DNA of 64,000 nt from an uncultured bacterium (GTDB lineage Bacteria > Patescibacteriota > Microgenomatia > UBA1400 > MFAQ01), in NCBI GenBank assembly GCA_963980225.1, contig CAXBYW010000002.1:39502-103501 (forward strand). Direction: 5' to 3'. Positions 9,247-19,278 of this stretch are shown here, piece by piece. How positions within the stretch are numbered: the first letter of the stretch is position 1; each line of letters opens with the position of its first letter. The position numbers were made by a program, and so were the translations under genes. Under the pieces are notes generated by a model. That model did not search any database and had not been told where the DNA came from. It saw only the letters and a list, made by a program, of their open reading frames with translations.

Positions 9247-9776
9247 TGGTTTAGTGGAGTAAGGCCATTTTTAGTTTCTTTGAAGATAGTTCCGTTTTGT
9301 TTTAGGATGCGATCGGTAAAGAGGACCCCGTCTAGATGGTCTTGTTCATGTTGTATGCCAATGGCGTCTAGGTTTTTAAAGGTTTTGGTGACGGATTTTA
9401 AGGTTTGGTTTTCAAGAGTGTGATAAGTAAAGACGACCTGGTAGGGGCGATCTACAAAACCCCAGAGTTTGGGAATAGAGAGGCAGCCCTCTAATGGACG
9501 TTTTCTGTCATTTTTATATTTGTCTGAGAGCATTTTAGTGGAGACCTCAAGTATTTTTGGGTTGATGAATACTTTGACGTTATCTTCATCGAGGAGAATA
9601 AAGAAGCGTTTGTCTATACCTACTTGAGTAGCGGCAAGACCAACTCCTTGAGGATCTTTCGATTCTTTAAGAAGAACTGTCATTTCTTCGAGTTGTTTTT
9701 GTAACTTAGGGGTCCAAGAAGTTACTGGCTTAGCCTTTTTTCTTAAAAATGGATCTGGTGTGGTCAGGATCTTCAT
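9243..9776 (-). CDS. def: peptide deformylase
   Basis: GVGLAATQVG, EGCLSIP, HEQDHLDG motifs. Confidence 0.9.
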   Translation of the reverse strand: MKILTTPDPFLRKKAKPVTSWTPKLQKQLEEMTVLLKESKDPQGVGLAATQVGIDKRFFILLDEDNVKVFINPKILEVSTKMLSDKYKNDRKRPLEGCLSIPKLWGFVDRPYQVVFTYHTLENQTLKSVTKTFKNLDAIGIQHEQDHLDGVLFTDRILKQNGTIFKETKNGLTPLNQ

Positions 9777-9821
9777 GGTAGGTATTATACCAATGTAGGG
9801 GGATTTTGGGTAATAAAAAGG

Positions 9822-11717
9822 TTACTGTGAAAGTTGTTCCAAGCGAAAGAGAGCTTCCTGATAGTTTGATTTTAGTTCGAGTGCTTTTTGATAACTTAGA
9901 ATAGCCAGGTCTTTTTGGTTGGTGTTTTGATAGAGAAGAGCGATGTTAAAAAGAAGTTTTGGATCTGTAGGAGCCAAGATTGAAGCTTGAAGAAGAGTGT
10001 TTAAAGCTGATTGTTGGTACTTAGTGTCTACGTTTGCAAGATAGATCTCGACTCTGGCTTTAGACTTTAGTAAGTTTAGGTTATAAGGACTCATGTCTAC
10101 TGCTTGGGTAGCGTGCTCTAGAGCTTGTTCTTGGTACTGTTTTTGTATGTTTTGAGCTGATTCAGGTAGGTTTTCCAGTTGGAGGAATATGGTGGCAGCA
10201 GCCTTGGACTCTTGTTCTGCTAGTTTGGCTAAGAATAGGGGCTGTTTTGGTTGGAGGTTGACGGCAGTCTCTAGTAGTTTTAGAGCAGACTGGTTTTGGC
10301 CGGCGGTGATGTGGGCCTTGCCCGATTGGTAGTTAAGATCGGCTCTAAAAGTGTTTACGAGAGAAGTTAGAAAATAGATGGCGAGGATAATGGTAGTGAT
10401 GTTTAAGACTGATGGGATAATGGGTAACTTGAAGTCTTTTGTTTTTGGTTTGTCGTCGGTTAGGACAAAGTTTAGGGCAGGCAGGAGAAAGAAAAGTAGA
10501 GCTACAGCGACAACAGAGAAGCCAAAGAAGTTGGTAAACAGGATGCTTAACCAGCCAATGAAGAGGGCGGCTGAGATGTTTGAAGTAGGGCCTTTTAACC
10601 ACCATTTTGTGATCCAGATAATGAGTAAAAGATAGGAACCTATACCTAAGAGTCCGGTATTAGCAAAGAAGTTTAGGTACTCATTGTGAGCTTTGTTGTA
10701 GAGAAAGTCCCATTCCGACAACAGGTTGTGTTCTGCTGGTCTTTCCCAGTAATAGGAGTAGGCAAAGGTTTCTGGTCCTGTGCCTAAAATGGGGTGTTTT
10801 TTACCCAAGGTTAGAGCACCTTGCCAGACGACACGGCGAATGGTCATGGAGTCAGAACCACCGTTGCCTCGCGCATCAAGGTCTTTTAGGACTAGTTCTT
10901 TGGTGGTGGAGTGGAAAGGATTGATTTGGTTTAAGGAGTTAAGTGACTGGGGTTTCAAGATTAAAAAAGTTGCTAATAGAATGGCAAGTGAGAGCAGTAG
11001 TTTGCCTTTGGATTTGACTTTGTAGATGGTGATTAATACAAGGACGATGAGAAGTGTAGCGATACCGGACTGAGATTTGGTGAAGATGATACTGGTGATG
11101 ATAAGAAGAGATAGAAGTAAGTGTGCAGGTTTTTTGTTTTTTAAGAACAGGAGTATGGGGAGTGGGAGAATGGCTACTAGGTAAGCAGATAACCAGTTGG
11201 GTTGACCTAACGTAGAGAATACTCTTGACTGAACATCTTGGACCCAGAGGGTCTTGTCTATACCAAAGTGTTCTAGTACTGCATAGGTTGAGATTAAGCC
11301 AGTGGAAAGAAATATGGTGTTTAAGTAGGAGAGAACATAGGTCTTTTTAGATTTGCCGTCTTTAGGTGAGGAAGATATGAATATATAGAAGAGCAGAATA
11401 TAGGAGATAGTAGAGGCTAAGCCACCGTGGAATCTACTATAGTAGCCCCAGAGACTGGTGTGGGGGTCGATAGAGAAGATGGTAGACAGTATTTGGACAA
11501 GTATAAACAAGAGAATGGGGATGTCTAGTGGAGTACGGCGAATGGTGATTTTTTTTGATTTGATCCAGTCTAGAATTTGAACTGTGGTAATCAATATGGT
11601 AACTCCATAAACAAAAAGCATCTTAGGAAACTCGAAGACTTCACTGGTCTGGGGCCAGAGAAGTAGAGGTGTAAAGAAGAATAGGGTACGAAACAAAAAA
11701 GAGATCAGCTGATTCAT
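9822..11717 (-). CDS. O-antigen ligase/polymerase-like polytopic membrane protein with C-terminal TPR repeats (start reassigned to internal Met; long ORF extends to 11882)
   Basis: 10+ TM helices. Periplasmic loop typical of the Wzy_C/O-antigen ligase family. C-terminal 200 aa are TPR-like (LLETAVNLQPKQP..., YQKALELKSNYQEAL). Conventional start MNQLISF at 11717 avoids overlap with divergent mreB. Confidence 0.6.
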   Translation of the reverse strand: MNQLISFLFRTLFFFTPLLLWPQTSEVFEFPKMLFVYGVTILITTVQILDWIKSKKITIRRTPLDIPILLFILVQILSTIFSIDPHTSLWGYYSRFHGGLASTISYILLFYIFISSSPKDGKSKKTYVLSYLNTIFLSTGLISTYAVLEHFGIDKTLWVQDVQSRVFSTLGQPNWLSAYLVAILPLPILLFLKNKKPAHLLLSLLIITSIIFTKSQSGIATLLIVLVLITIYKVKSKGKLLLSLAILLATFLILKPQSLNSLNQINPFHSTTKELVLKDLDARGNGGSDSMTIRRVVWQGALTLGKKHPILGTGPETFAYSYYWERPAEHNLLSEWDFLYNKAHNEYLNFFANTGLLGIGSYLLLIIWITKWWLKGPTSNISAALFIGWLSILFTNFFGFSVVAVALLFFLLPALNFVLTDDKPKTKDFKLPIIPSVLNITTIILAIYFLTSLVNTFRADLNYQSGKAHITAGQNQSALKLLETAVNLQPKQPLFLAKLAEQESKAAATIFLQLENLPESAQNIQKQYQEQALEHATQAVDMSPYNLNLLKSKARVEIYLANVDTKYQQSALNTLLQASILAPTDPKLLFNIALLYQNTNQKDLAILSYQKALELKSNYQEALFRLEQLSQ

Positions 11718-11756
11718 AAGCGTAAGTTTATCATGAACATGGTATGATCTTTTACA

Positions 11757-12821
11757 ATGCTTGAAAAAATTTGGCGGATGACTACTTTGGATGTGGGGAT
11801 TGACCTGGGGACAGCTAATACGGTGGTGCATGTTAGAGGTAAAGGGATCGTGATTAGACAACCATCGGTGGTGGCAAGACATAAAAAAACTGGAGAGATA
11901 CTGGCTATTGGAGAAGAGGCCAGGAAGATGTTGGGCAAGAATCCTGCTAGCATAGAGGTGATAAGGCCTTTAAGGGATGGAGTGATAGCTGACTTTGATG
12001 CAACCGAGGCGATGCTTAAGCATTATATAGTTCAAGTACATGAGACATATAAGGGATTGGGGTTTAAGATGCCAAGGCCTAGGGTGGTAGTGGGGATTCC
12101 ATCTGGAGTAACAGAAGTAGAAAGAAGAGCGGTTTATGAGGCGGCCATAACGGCTGGAGCTAGAAAGGTGTTTTTGATTGAAGAACCTATGGCGGCGGCT
12201 ATCGGAGCAGGCATGCCTGTCAGTAAGGCTCAGGGACAGATGGTTATAGATATTGGAGGAGGAACTACAGAGATTGGGGTTATCTCCTTAGGAGGGTTAG
12301 TGTTGAACAAGTCATTGAGAGTTGCGGGAGACGAGTTGACTGAGGCGGTAATGTCGTTTGTTAGATTGAAACATAGTTTGCTTTTGGGTGAGAGTACAGC
12401 GGAGTCGGTCAAGTTAGCTGTGGGTTCTGCTTTCGAGTTAAAGTCAGAAGCAGATGGTAAACAGTTGCAGGTGGTGGTAAGAGGTAGAAGTTTAAATGAT
12501 GGTCTGCCAAAGTCTTTGAGACTTGGAAGTGTGGAGATTAGAGAAGCATTGATGCCGGTAATTAATACTATTTTGGTAGAGATTGCCCAGATTATTGAGG
12601 AGACACCACCGGATCTAGTAGCGGACATCTTGGAAAAAGGAGCTGTTATGGCTGGTGGAGGATCTTTGATTAGAGGAATTGACAAGTTAATATCTGAACA
12701 AACCGGCATGCCGGTTTGGATAACAGACAATCCGATGGAAGCAGTAGTAAGAGGGTGTGCTAAGGTTTTGGAAAATGATGGATTACTTAAAAAAGTAAGA
12801 GTGGTAGGGGATTTGGGATAG
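11757..12821 (+). CDS. mreB: rod shape-determining protein MreB
   Basis: DLGTANTVV, GGGTTEIGVISLGG actin-fold motifs. Confidence 0.95.
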   Translation: MLEKIWRMTTLDVGIDLGTANTVVHVRGKGIVIRQPSVVARHKKTGEILAIGEEARKMLGKNPASIEVIRPLRDGVIADFDATEAMLKHYIVQVHETYKGLGFKMPRPRVVVGIPSGVTEVERRAVYEAAITAGARKVFLIEEPMAAAIGAGMPVSKAQGQMVIDIGGGTTEIGVISLGGLVLNKSLRVAGDELTEAVMSFVRLKHSLLLGESTAESVKLAVGSAFELKSEADGKQLQVVVRGRSLNDGLPKSLRLGSVEIREALMPVINTILVEIAQIIEETPPDLVADILEKGAVMAGGGSLIRGIDKLISEQTGMPVWITDNPMEAVVRGCAKVLENDGLLKKVRVVGDLG

Positions 12822-12840
12822 TTTGTAGTATATTTAGTGT

Positions 12841-13413
12841 ATGAAGAAGTTGGCTTGGGTGGTATCTAGGCTTTTTGACCCGGTAATCGAGATTCCGATG
12901 ATCCTTTCGGTGGCGGTCTGGTGGGCATTGACCAATGGATTGAGATGGCGTTTTTTGATATTTCTTTTGATAGTGGATGCTTTGCTTCCAGCTTTGTACA
13001 TGTTCTATGGTTTGAAGAAAGGTTTTATTTCTGACTGGGATATAACAAAAAAGAAGGAGAGAAGAAGTTTGTATATTGTTACTTCCTTGACTCACTTAGT
13101 GGGAGTGGTTTATGCATTTTTCTTGGGTAAGACAGAGCTGGCCTCGATTTTGTTGGTATTTTGGAGTTTGGCAGTGGTATTTGCGGTAGTGACTTATTTC
13201 TGGAAGATTTCGGTTCACGCTGGAGTCAATGGCGTCATGTTGGCCTTTTTTAACCATTTCTGGGGCTGGGAAAGCTACTGGTGGTTGACGTTGGTTTTAC
13301 TGTTGGTTTTGTGGTCTAGGGTGGAGATTAAGAAACATAGTTGGTTACAGGTGATGGTGGGAGCAGGTTTGGCGGTTGCCTGGGTGGAGATGGGTTTAAA
13401 TTGGCTGCTTTAG
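12841..13413 (+). CDS. PAP2-superfamily-like membrane phosphatase (possible undecaprenyl-diphosphatase type)
   Basis: Polytopic membrane protein. ISVHAG (PSGH-like) and SRVEIKKH (SRxxxxxH) motifs. Confidence 0.4.
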   Translation: MKKLAWVVSRLFDPVIEIPMILSVAVWWALTNGLRWRFLIFLLIVDALLPALYMFYGLKKGFISDWDITKKKERRSLYIVTSLTHLVGVVYAFFLGKTELASILLVFWSLAVVFAVVTYFWKISVHAGVNGVMLAFFNHFWGWESYWWLTLVLLLVLWSRVEIKKHSWLQVMVGAGLAVAWVEMGLNWLL

Positions 13414-14162
13414 TTAGGATCAGTGATGATGTAGGTATCGGTTATTTGTGAGACGTTTAGAGGGAGATCGATTTCTACTTTTTGAATTGGATTACTTGGT
13501 TTGGTGAGGACCTGCTTTACCTGACCGACGATAAGACCTTCGGGGATTTCCTCCGTTGGTAGGGTGAAGACGGTGTCGTCTTGGTTGGGGGTTTCTTGGT
13601 CAGTAATGTTTGTCATCTGAGAGAGTCGGTTCTGGAAGACGTAGTCACCTTGAGTGTCTTGGTCTGTTTGGACGGGGAAAGAAATATCATCATTTTTTAA
13701 GGGCAAGATGTAGATGATGGAAGAGCTTACCTTTTGGACGATGCCAATAATGTTGGTTGAGTGGACCAAAGGCATGCCTGGTTTTACCTGGTCGGTTTGA
13801 TTGGAGGTAGCGGATATTACTTGGTCGATTTTTATGATTCTTACGGGAACGGTGTTCCAAGATGGAGTCTCGAAGTTTGTTAGATTTAGTTTGTTTTTTA
13901 AGAGTAGATTTTGAGTCTTTAATTGGCTATTTTCTGCCTGTAGATCTAGGTTTTGATAGCGTATTTTAGGTAGCGAGGTAAGAAGTATTTTTTGTTGGTT
14001 TGTCTTGTTTTTTAAACTGGTAATTGGTTGGTGAAGAGAGATAAGGGAGTTGGTAATTTTTTGGTAGCTGGGTTCTAAGGGCTTGAGTTTACTTGTGACA
14101 AGCAGTAGGATGGATATGAGTAAAGGAGTAAGTTGCATAATGAATAAGAACATTATATACAA
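13410..14162 (-). CDS. mreC: rod shape-determining protein MreC-like
   Basis: N-terminal TM. Coiled-coil (LQAENSQLKTQNLLLKNKL). Beta-rich C-terminal domain with GLIVGQV motif typical of MreC. On the opposite strand to mreB/mreD/mrdA. Confidence 0.6.
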   Translation of the reverse strand: MYIMFLFIMQLTPLLISILLLVTSKLKPLEPSYQKITNSLISLHQPITSLKNKTNQQKILLTSLPKIRYQNLDLQAENSQLKTQNLLLKNKLNLTNFETPSWNTVPVRIIKIDQVISATSNQTDQVKPGMPLVHSTNIIGIVQKVSSSIIYILPLKNDDISFPVQTDQDTQGDYVFQNRLSQMTNITDQETPNQDDTVFTLPTEEIPEGLIVGQVKQVLTKPSNPIQKVEIDLPLNVSQITDTYIITDPN

Positions 14163-14544
14163 GCTGGTTGGAGTGGTGGTACTTTTGTTGGTTGGTGAGG
14201 GTGTACTAGGATGGGCAGTGTACTGGCCGGCCTTATGGTTTTTGTTAGACTGGGAGTATGTTTATTGGTTGGCATTTGTTTTGGGGTTTTTACTTACAGG
14301 AGTAGCTGGTATTGCCATTGGTTGGTCTAGTTTAGTATTGGTAGTAGGGGTGTGGTTAATGAGTCTTTTAAGGAGTTTTGTGGGTAAGGATAGTTGGATG
14401 GATGTTTTGGTAGTGACGGGGATGGCTTGGTTGGTTGCAATGGTAACTCGAGTTCAGTTCTCGTTAGTAGAGGCAGGAATTCTTGTTTTAATGATGGTGT
14501 TTTTGAAGATGAGAGATAGTTGGGGAGGAGAGATAAGGGTATGA
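14140..14544 (+). CDS. MreD-like small polytopic membrane protein (start at internal Met; ORF extends to 14083)
   Basis: About 135 aa, 4-5 TM helices, immediately upstream of and overlapping PBP2. Position and size fit mreD. No sequence motif to confirm. Confidence 0.35.
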   Translation: MNKNIIYKLVGVVVLLLVGEGVLGWAVYWPALWFLLDWEYVYWLAFVLGFLLTGVAGIAIGWSSLVLVVGVWLMSLLRSFVGKDSWMDVLVVTGMAWLVAMVTRVQFSLVEAGILVLMMVFLKMRDSWGGEIRV

Positions 14545-16085
14545 AAAAAGAAGTGTTGAGTTGGTTTAGGTTAGGAATCTACTTAGTAATAGGGGTGTTT
14601 CTTTCAAGGTTGGTATTTTTGACTCTTTTTTTGGGTGAGTATCATCAGGAACAAGCTAGTGGTAACAGGATCAGGAAAGAAAGAGTCGACCCAATGAGAG
14701 GAGCGATACTAGATAGGAATGGAGAGTATTTGGTGGTGAATAAAAAGGTGGGAGAAAAAATAATTAGACACTATCCTTTGGGTGAGGTGGGAGCTGGAGT
14801 TACCGGTTTTGTAGGTGAGATCTCAAAGGAGAAGTTGGAAGCGTGTGGTGATAGTTGTTTTTTGGGACAGATGGTCGGTAAGGCGGGTTTGGAGAGTTGG
14901 TATGATAAGAGGTTAAGAGGTGAGTGGGGTTTGAAGTTGATTGAGGAAAATGCTTTAGGGGAGACGATAAGAGAGTTAGACAGAGAAGAAGCTGTTGGTG
15001 GTAAGGATCTTAAGTTGAGCTTGGATGTAGGTTTACAAAGACAGGTTTACTGGGTAGTAAAAGAGACGATGGAAGAACACGGCTTAAGTGGAGCTGGAGT
15101 GGTGGTCAGTAAGGTGAATGGGGAGATTCTCTCCATGGTTAGCTTGCCTAGTTTTGATCCCAACTTATTTGTTAAGGAAGGGATAAGGGGAGAAGAAGGT
15201 GGAACATATACTAACTCCTTGGCGGTGGTTGAAGACAAGGAGAACAAGCCAATGTTTAATAGAGTTATTTCTGGAACATATCCTCCGGGATCGGTATATA
15301 AATTGGTGGTGGCCATAGCTGGTTTGGAAGAAGAAGTGGTTGATGGAAACAAGACTGTGGAAGATGCAGGTGAGATAAAGGTGGGTGAGTTTAGGTTTGG
15401 TAACTGGTACTTTGATCAGTACGGTAGGACTGAAGGGTTGGTAAATATTGAGAAGGCTTTGTCTAGAAGTAATGATATCTATTTTTACAAACTAGGGGAG
15501 TGGTTGGGGGTAGACAACATGGTCGAGTGGTCTGATAGAATGGGAGTAGGTAGGCAGACGGGGATCGATTTGCCCGGTGAGGCAACTGGTTTTTTGCCGA
15601 CTCCACTATGGAGAGAGAAGACAACGGGAGGAAGATGGTTTTTGGGTAATACCTATCACTTAGCTATTGGTCAGGGAGACTTACTGGTAACGCCTTTGCA
15701 GGTTAACAGTTGGACGGCCAGTGTGTTTAGCGGTAAGGTGTGTGAGCCAAGACTGGTAAGTGGAGAGTCGGACTGTAGAGACTTGAAGATAAGTGAGACG
15801 ACCAAGCGTTTAATTGCGTCTGGTATGAAAGGAGCATGTGCTAGTGGGGGAACGGCATTTCCATTTTTTGATTTAGAGAGTGATGTGTATTGTAAGACCG
15901 GGACGGCCCAACATGGTGGTGAGGAAGCCAAGCCGCATGCATGGATTACTGTGGTGGTACCGACCAGTAAAGATGAAAGTGAGTGGACGGTGGTAACAGT
16001 ATTGCTGCCGGAAGCGGGAGAGGGAAGTGAGATGGCCGGACCGGTTGCTCGAAAGATTGTGGACTACATTTTGCGGGGAAAATAA
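14520..16085 (+). CDS. mrdA: penicillin-binding protein 2 (peptidoglycan D,D-transpeptidase)
   Basis: PGSVYK (SxxK), SRSND (SxN), KTGTA (KTG) motifs. N-terminal TM. Confidence 0.85.
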   Translation: MGRRDKGMKKEVLSWFRLGIYLVIGVFLSRLVFLTLFLGEYHQEQASGNRIRKERVDPMRGAILDRNGEYLVVNKKVGEKIIRHYPLGEVGAGVTGFVGEISKEKLEACGDSCFLGQMVGKAGLESWYDKRLRGEWGLKLIEENALGETIRELDREEAVGGKDLKLSLDVGLQRQVYWVVKETMEEHGLSGAGVVVSKVNGEILSMVSLPSFDPNLFVKEGIRGEEGGTYTNSLAVVEDKENKPMFNRVISGTYPPGSVYKLVVAIAGLEEEVVDGNKTVEDAGEIKVGEFRFGNWYFDQYGRTEGLVNIEKALSRSNDIYFYKLGEWLGVDNMVEWSDRMGVGRQTGIDLPGEATGFLPTPLWREKTTGGRWFLGNTYHLAIGQGDLLVTPLQVNSWTASVFSGKVCEPRLVSGESDCRDLKISETTKRLIASGMKGACASGGTAFPFFDLESDVYCKTGTAQHGGEEAKPHAWITVVVPTSKDESEWTVVTVLLPEAGEGSEMAGPVARKIVDYILRGK

Positions 16086-16331
16086 TTGATTCCTAGTCTT
16101 TCTAAATGTCTGGATATAGCAGTATAAGTTTACTGATCGACCATAGAGAGTACGGAAATTACGTTAGGAGTTGCTTCGGGTTTTACGTTTGAGAAAATGG
16201 TGTGAAAATATTGAGTAATTAAAGTAGTCGATTGATGACAGGTCTTGAGTTTTTAAAGATGCGCTGGAGAAATAAAAAGAGATGTGTTTTACTGTCGTTG
16301 TTTAAAGATCTCTTTTTTACAAACTTGCAAG

Positions 16332-18392
16332 ATGATGTATAGTAAAGAGTTAATGAATCTTTTGATCGTTGAGTCACCAACTAAAACAAAAAACCTGTCA
16401 AAGTACTTGGGTAAAGGTTTTGAAGTGGTGGCAACGATGGGACATTTAAGGGATTTGCCTAAGTCCAAAATGGGTGTTGAGATCACAGAGAAGGACGGGA
16501 AGTATAAATTCGAACCGCAGTACATCCAGGTTAGAGGTAAGGCGAAACAAGTAAACGAGATAAAGGCGATGGTTGCTAAGGCAGATAAAGTGATACTGGC
16601 AACTGACCCAGACAGAGAAGGAGAGGCAATTGCTTGGCATGTACTGGAACTTTTAAAGGAAAAAGGTGAGGATGAGAAGAAGTTTTCTAGAGTGGTGTTT
16701 CATTCCATTACTAAGGAGGCGGTGCTTGCGGCAATGGAGAAAAAAGGGGAGATAAATATGGAGTTGGTTGAGGCCCAACAAGCTAGAAGGATTTTGGACA
16801 AGATTGTGGGATTTAGACTGTCACCTGTGTTGTGGCATAAGGTTAGAAGAGGCTTGTCTGGTGGTAGAGTGCAGAGTGTCGCAGTGAGATTGGTTTGGGA
16901 GCGTGAGAATGAGATCGAGAAGTTTAAGGCGGATGAGTACTGGGTAATTGGAGCTGATCTTTTAACTAAGGATAAGGAGGTGGTGTTGGTGTCGGCAGAG
17001 CTTTCTAAAATCGACGGTAAGAAACAGGAAGTAGGAAATGAGGTAGAGGCAAGTAAGATAAAAAAGGATCTTGAGGGAGCAGAGTACGAGGTGACTAAGG
17101 TAGTCAAGAAAGCCAGGAAGGCTTATCCTAGACCACCATTCAAGACTTCTACGATGCAACAGTCGGCAGCAAATAGATTGGGTTGGTCGGCTAGGAAAAC
17201 CATGAGTGTGGCCCAGAGTCTTTATGAACATGGAAATATTACCTACCACAGGACTGACTCGTTAAACTTAGTTTCTTCTGTGGTTAGTGACGTTAGAGTT
17301 TTAGTTAAGAAGCAGTTTGGTGTTAGTTATGTGCCGGCTAAACTCAAAACCTACAAGTCTGGTGGTAAGGTACTGGCTCAGGAAGCCCATGAAGCGGTTA
17401 GGCCAACTAAGATTGGTAAGTTGCCGGAAGAGTTTAAAGGTAGGGGTAAGATGGCTACGGATGAAGCAAAGCTTTATAGACTAATTTGGCAGAGAACAGT
17501 TGCTAGCCAGATGGCGGAGGCCTTGTATGACCAGACAAGGGTGGAGATTGGGGCAGGTAAGTATCAGTTGGTTGCTAGGGGTGAGATAGAGAAGTTTGAT
17601 GGCTGGAAGAAGGTGTTTGGTAAGGGAGTAGGAGAGGATAAATTATTGCCTGACATTAGCGAGAAAGAAAAACTGGATCTTGATAAAGTACTGGCTGAAC
17701 AGAAGTTTACCCAACCACCAGCAAGATTTAACGATGCTTCTCTGATTAGAGAGCTCGAAAAGAGAGGGATTGGTAGGCCGTCTACTTATGCACCGACGAT
17801 TACGAAGATAATCTACAGACGATATGTGGAACGAAAAGAAAAAAGATTTTTCTTGACGGATATTGGTAGAACGGTAACTGAGTTTTTGGTCAAGAACTTC
17901 CCGGATCAGCTGGAGTATGAGTTTACGGCAGAGATGGAGAAGAAGCTGGACGGGGTAGTGACAAAGGAAGAGAGCTGGCAGGAGATGTTGTCTGAGTTTT
18001 ATGGTCCGTTCGACAAAAAGGTACTGGAGGTAGAGGAAAAGGTGAAGGCAATTGTGATTCCGGTAGTAAAGACTGGGAGAAATTGTCCGGAGTGTAAAAA
18101 GGGAGAAATAATCGTAAAGAGCGGTAGGTTTGGAGAGTTCTTTGCTTGTGATCAGTTCCCAGCGTGTAGGCATATCGAGAACATGACGAAGTACTTAGAA
18201 GGAGTTAAGTGTGAGAAATGTGGATCAAAGGTGGTTATAAAAAAGACGAGAAAAGGTAGAGAGTTTTATGGTTGTGAGAAGTATCCTAAGTGTGACTGGG
18301 CTAGTTGGAAGAAACCGGTGGTAAAAGGAGAAGAAGTGAAAAAAGAAGTAGTGGAAGATAAAAAACCGACTCTGGTTAAGGAGTCGGGTTAG
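16332..18392 (+). CDS. topA: DNA topoisomerase I (start set at MMYSK; ORF begins 16284)
   Basis: LIVESPTKTKNL Toprim start. Type IA core. C-terminal Cys4 zinc ribbons (CPECK...C, CEKCG...C). Confidence 0.95.
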   Translation: MMYSKELMNLLIVESPTKTKNLSKYLGKGFEVVATMGHLRDLPKSKMGVEITEKDGKYKFEPQYIQVRGKAKQVNEIKAMVAKADKVILATDPDREGEAIAWHVLELLKEKGEDEKKFSRVVFHSITKEAVLAAMEKKGEINMELVEAQQARRILDKIVGFRLSPVLWHKVRRGLSGGRVQSVAVRLVWERENEIEKFKADEYWVIGADLLTKDKEVVLVSAELSKIDGKKQEVGNEVEASKIKKDLEGAEYEVTKVVKKARKAYPRPPFKTSTMQQSAANRLGWSARKTMSVAQSLYEHGNITYHRTDSLNLVSSVVSDVRVLVKKQFGVSYVPAKLKTYKSGGKVLAQEAHEAVRPTKIGKLPEEFKGRGKMATDEAKLYRLIWQRTVASQMAEALYDQTRVEIGAGKYQLVARGEIEKFDGWKKVFGKGVGEDKLLPDISEKEKLDLDKVLAEQKFTQPPARFNDASLIRELEKRGIGRPSTYAPTITKIIYRRYVERKEKRFFLTDIGRTVTEFLVKNFPDQLEYEFTAEMEKKLDGVVTKEESWQEMLSEFYGPFDKKVLEVEEKVKAIVIPVVKTGRNCPECKKGEIIVKSGRFGEFFACDQFPACRHIENMTKYLEGVKCEKCGSKVVIKKTRKGREFYGCEKYPKCDWASWKKPVVKGEEVKKEVVEDKKPTLVKESG

Positions 18393-18406
18393 ATGATGAA
18401 ATATTT

Positions 18407-19201
18407 TCAGACAGAGATTGGAGCCTTTATGTGTGGATGAGCCTGGTAATCGACTAGTTGAAAGTCTTCGAAAATGAAACGGTCGATGTTTTTGACCTCG
18501 GGAGCGATGAGCATTTTGGGCAATAGGTAGGGGTTTCTTGATAATTGCTCCCTGGCTTGGTTGAAGTGATTGCTGTAAAGGTGAGTATCTCCTAGACTCA
18601 AGATTAAGTCTCCTGGTTCAAGATCAGTGACCTGAGCGACCATCATGGTTAACAAGGCGTAGGAAGCGATGTTAAACGGTAAGCCTAAGAAGACATCTAC
18701 TGACCGTTGAGTCATAAGACAAGAGAGCTTGCCTTCCGCTACATAAAACTGGAACATTAAGTGACATGGAGGCAAGGCCATGTCTTTTAGACTAGAGACG
18801 TTCCAGGCATTGACGATCATGCGAGTGGAGCTTGGCTCGGTCTTGATCAAATGTATAGCGTCGCGAAGTTGGTCATAGGTTTCACCGTGTGGACCTAGCC
18901 AGTTACGCCATTGGCTACCATAGGTAGGACCTAGCTCACCTTGTTCATCTGCCCATTCATTCCATATCCTGACATTGTGCTGGTTTAAGTAGTTGATGTT
19001 GGTGCTGCCTTGGATGAACCAAAGTAGTTCATAAATGACTGATTTTAGATGGACTTTTTTGGTGGTGATCAAGGGAAACCCTTTTTGTAGGTTGAAGCGC
19101 ATCTGATGCCCGAAGATGGAACGTCTACCTGTTCCAGTACGGTCTGGTCTGTCGACTCCGTCCTTTAAGATTTTGTCAATCAATTCTAGATACTGTTTCA
19201 T
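18407..19201 (-). CDS. thyA: thymidylate synthase
   Basis: [15 protein letters not shown]...DRTGTG...RSIFG N-terminus and active-site Cys region ([11 protein letters not shown]). Confidence 0.95.
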   Translation of the reverse strand: MKQYLELIDKILKDGVDRPDRTGTGRRSIFGHQMRFNLQKGFPLITTKKVHLKSVIYELLWFIQGSTNINYLNQHNVRIWNEWADEQGELGPTYGSQWRNWLGPHGETYDQLRDAIHLIKTEPSSTRMIVNAWNVSSLKDMALPPCHLMFQFYVAEGKLSCLMTQRSVDVFLGLPFNIASYALLTMMVAQVTDLEPGDLILSLGDTHLYSNHFNQAREQLSRNPYLLPKMLIAPEVKNIDRFIFEDFQLVDYQAHPHIKAPISV

Positions 19202-19278
19202 TAGTATTACTCCTTTTTTGAGATTTTAAAGAACTGGTGGTTTTTAAGTTGGTTGATTTTATCAGATGAAGTGCTATA

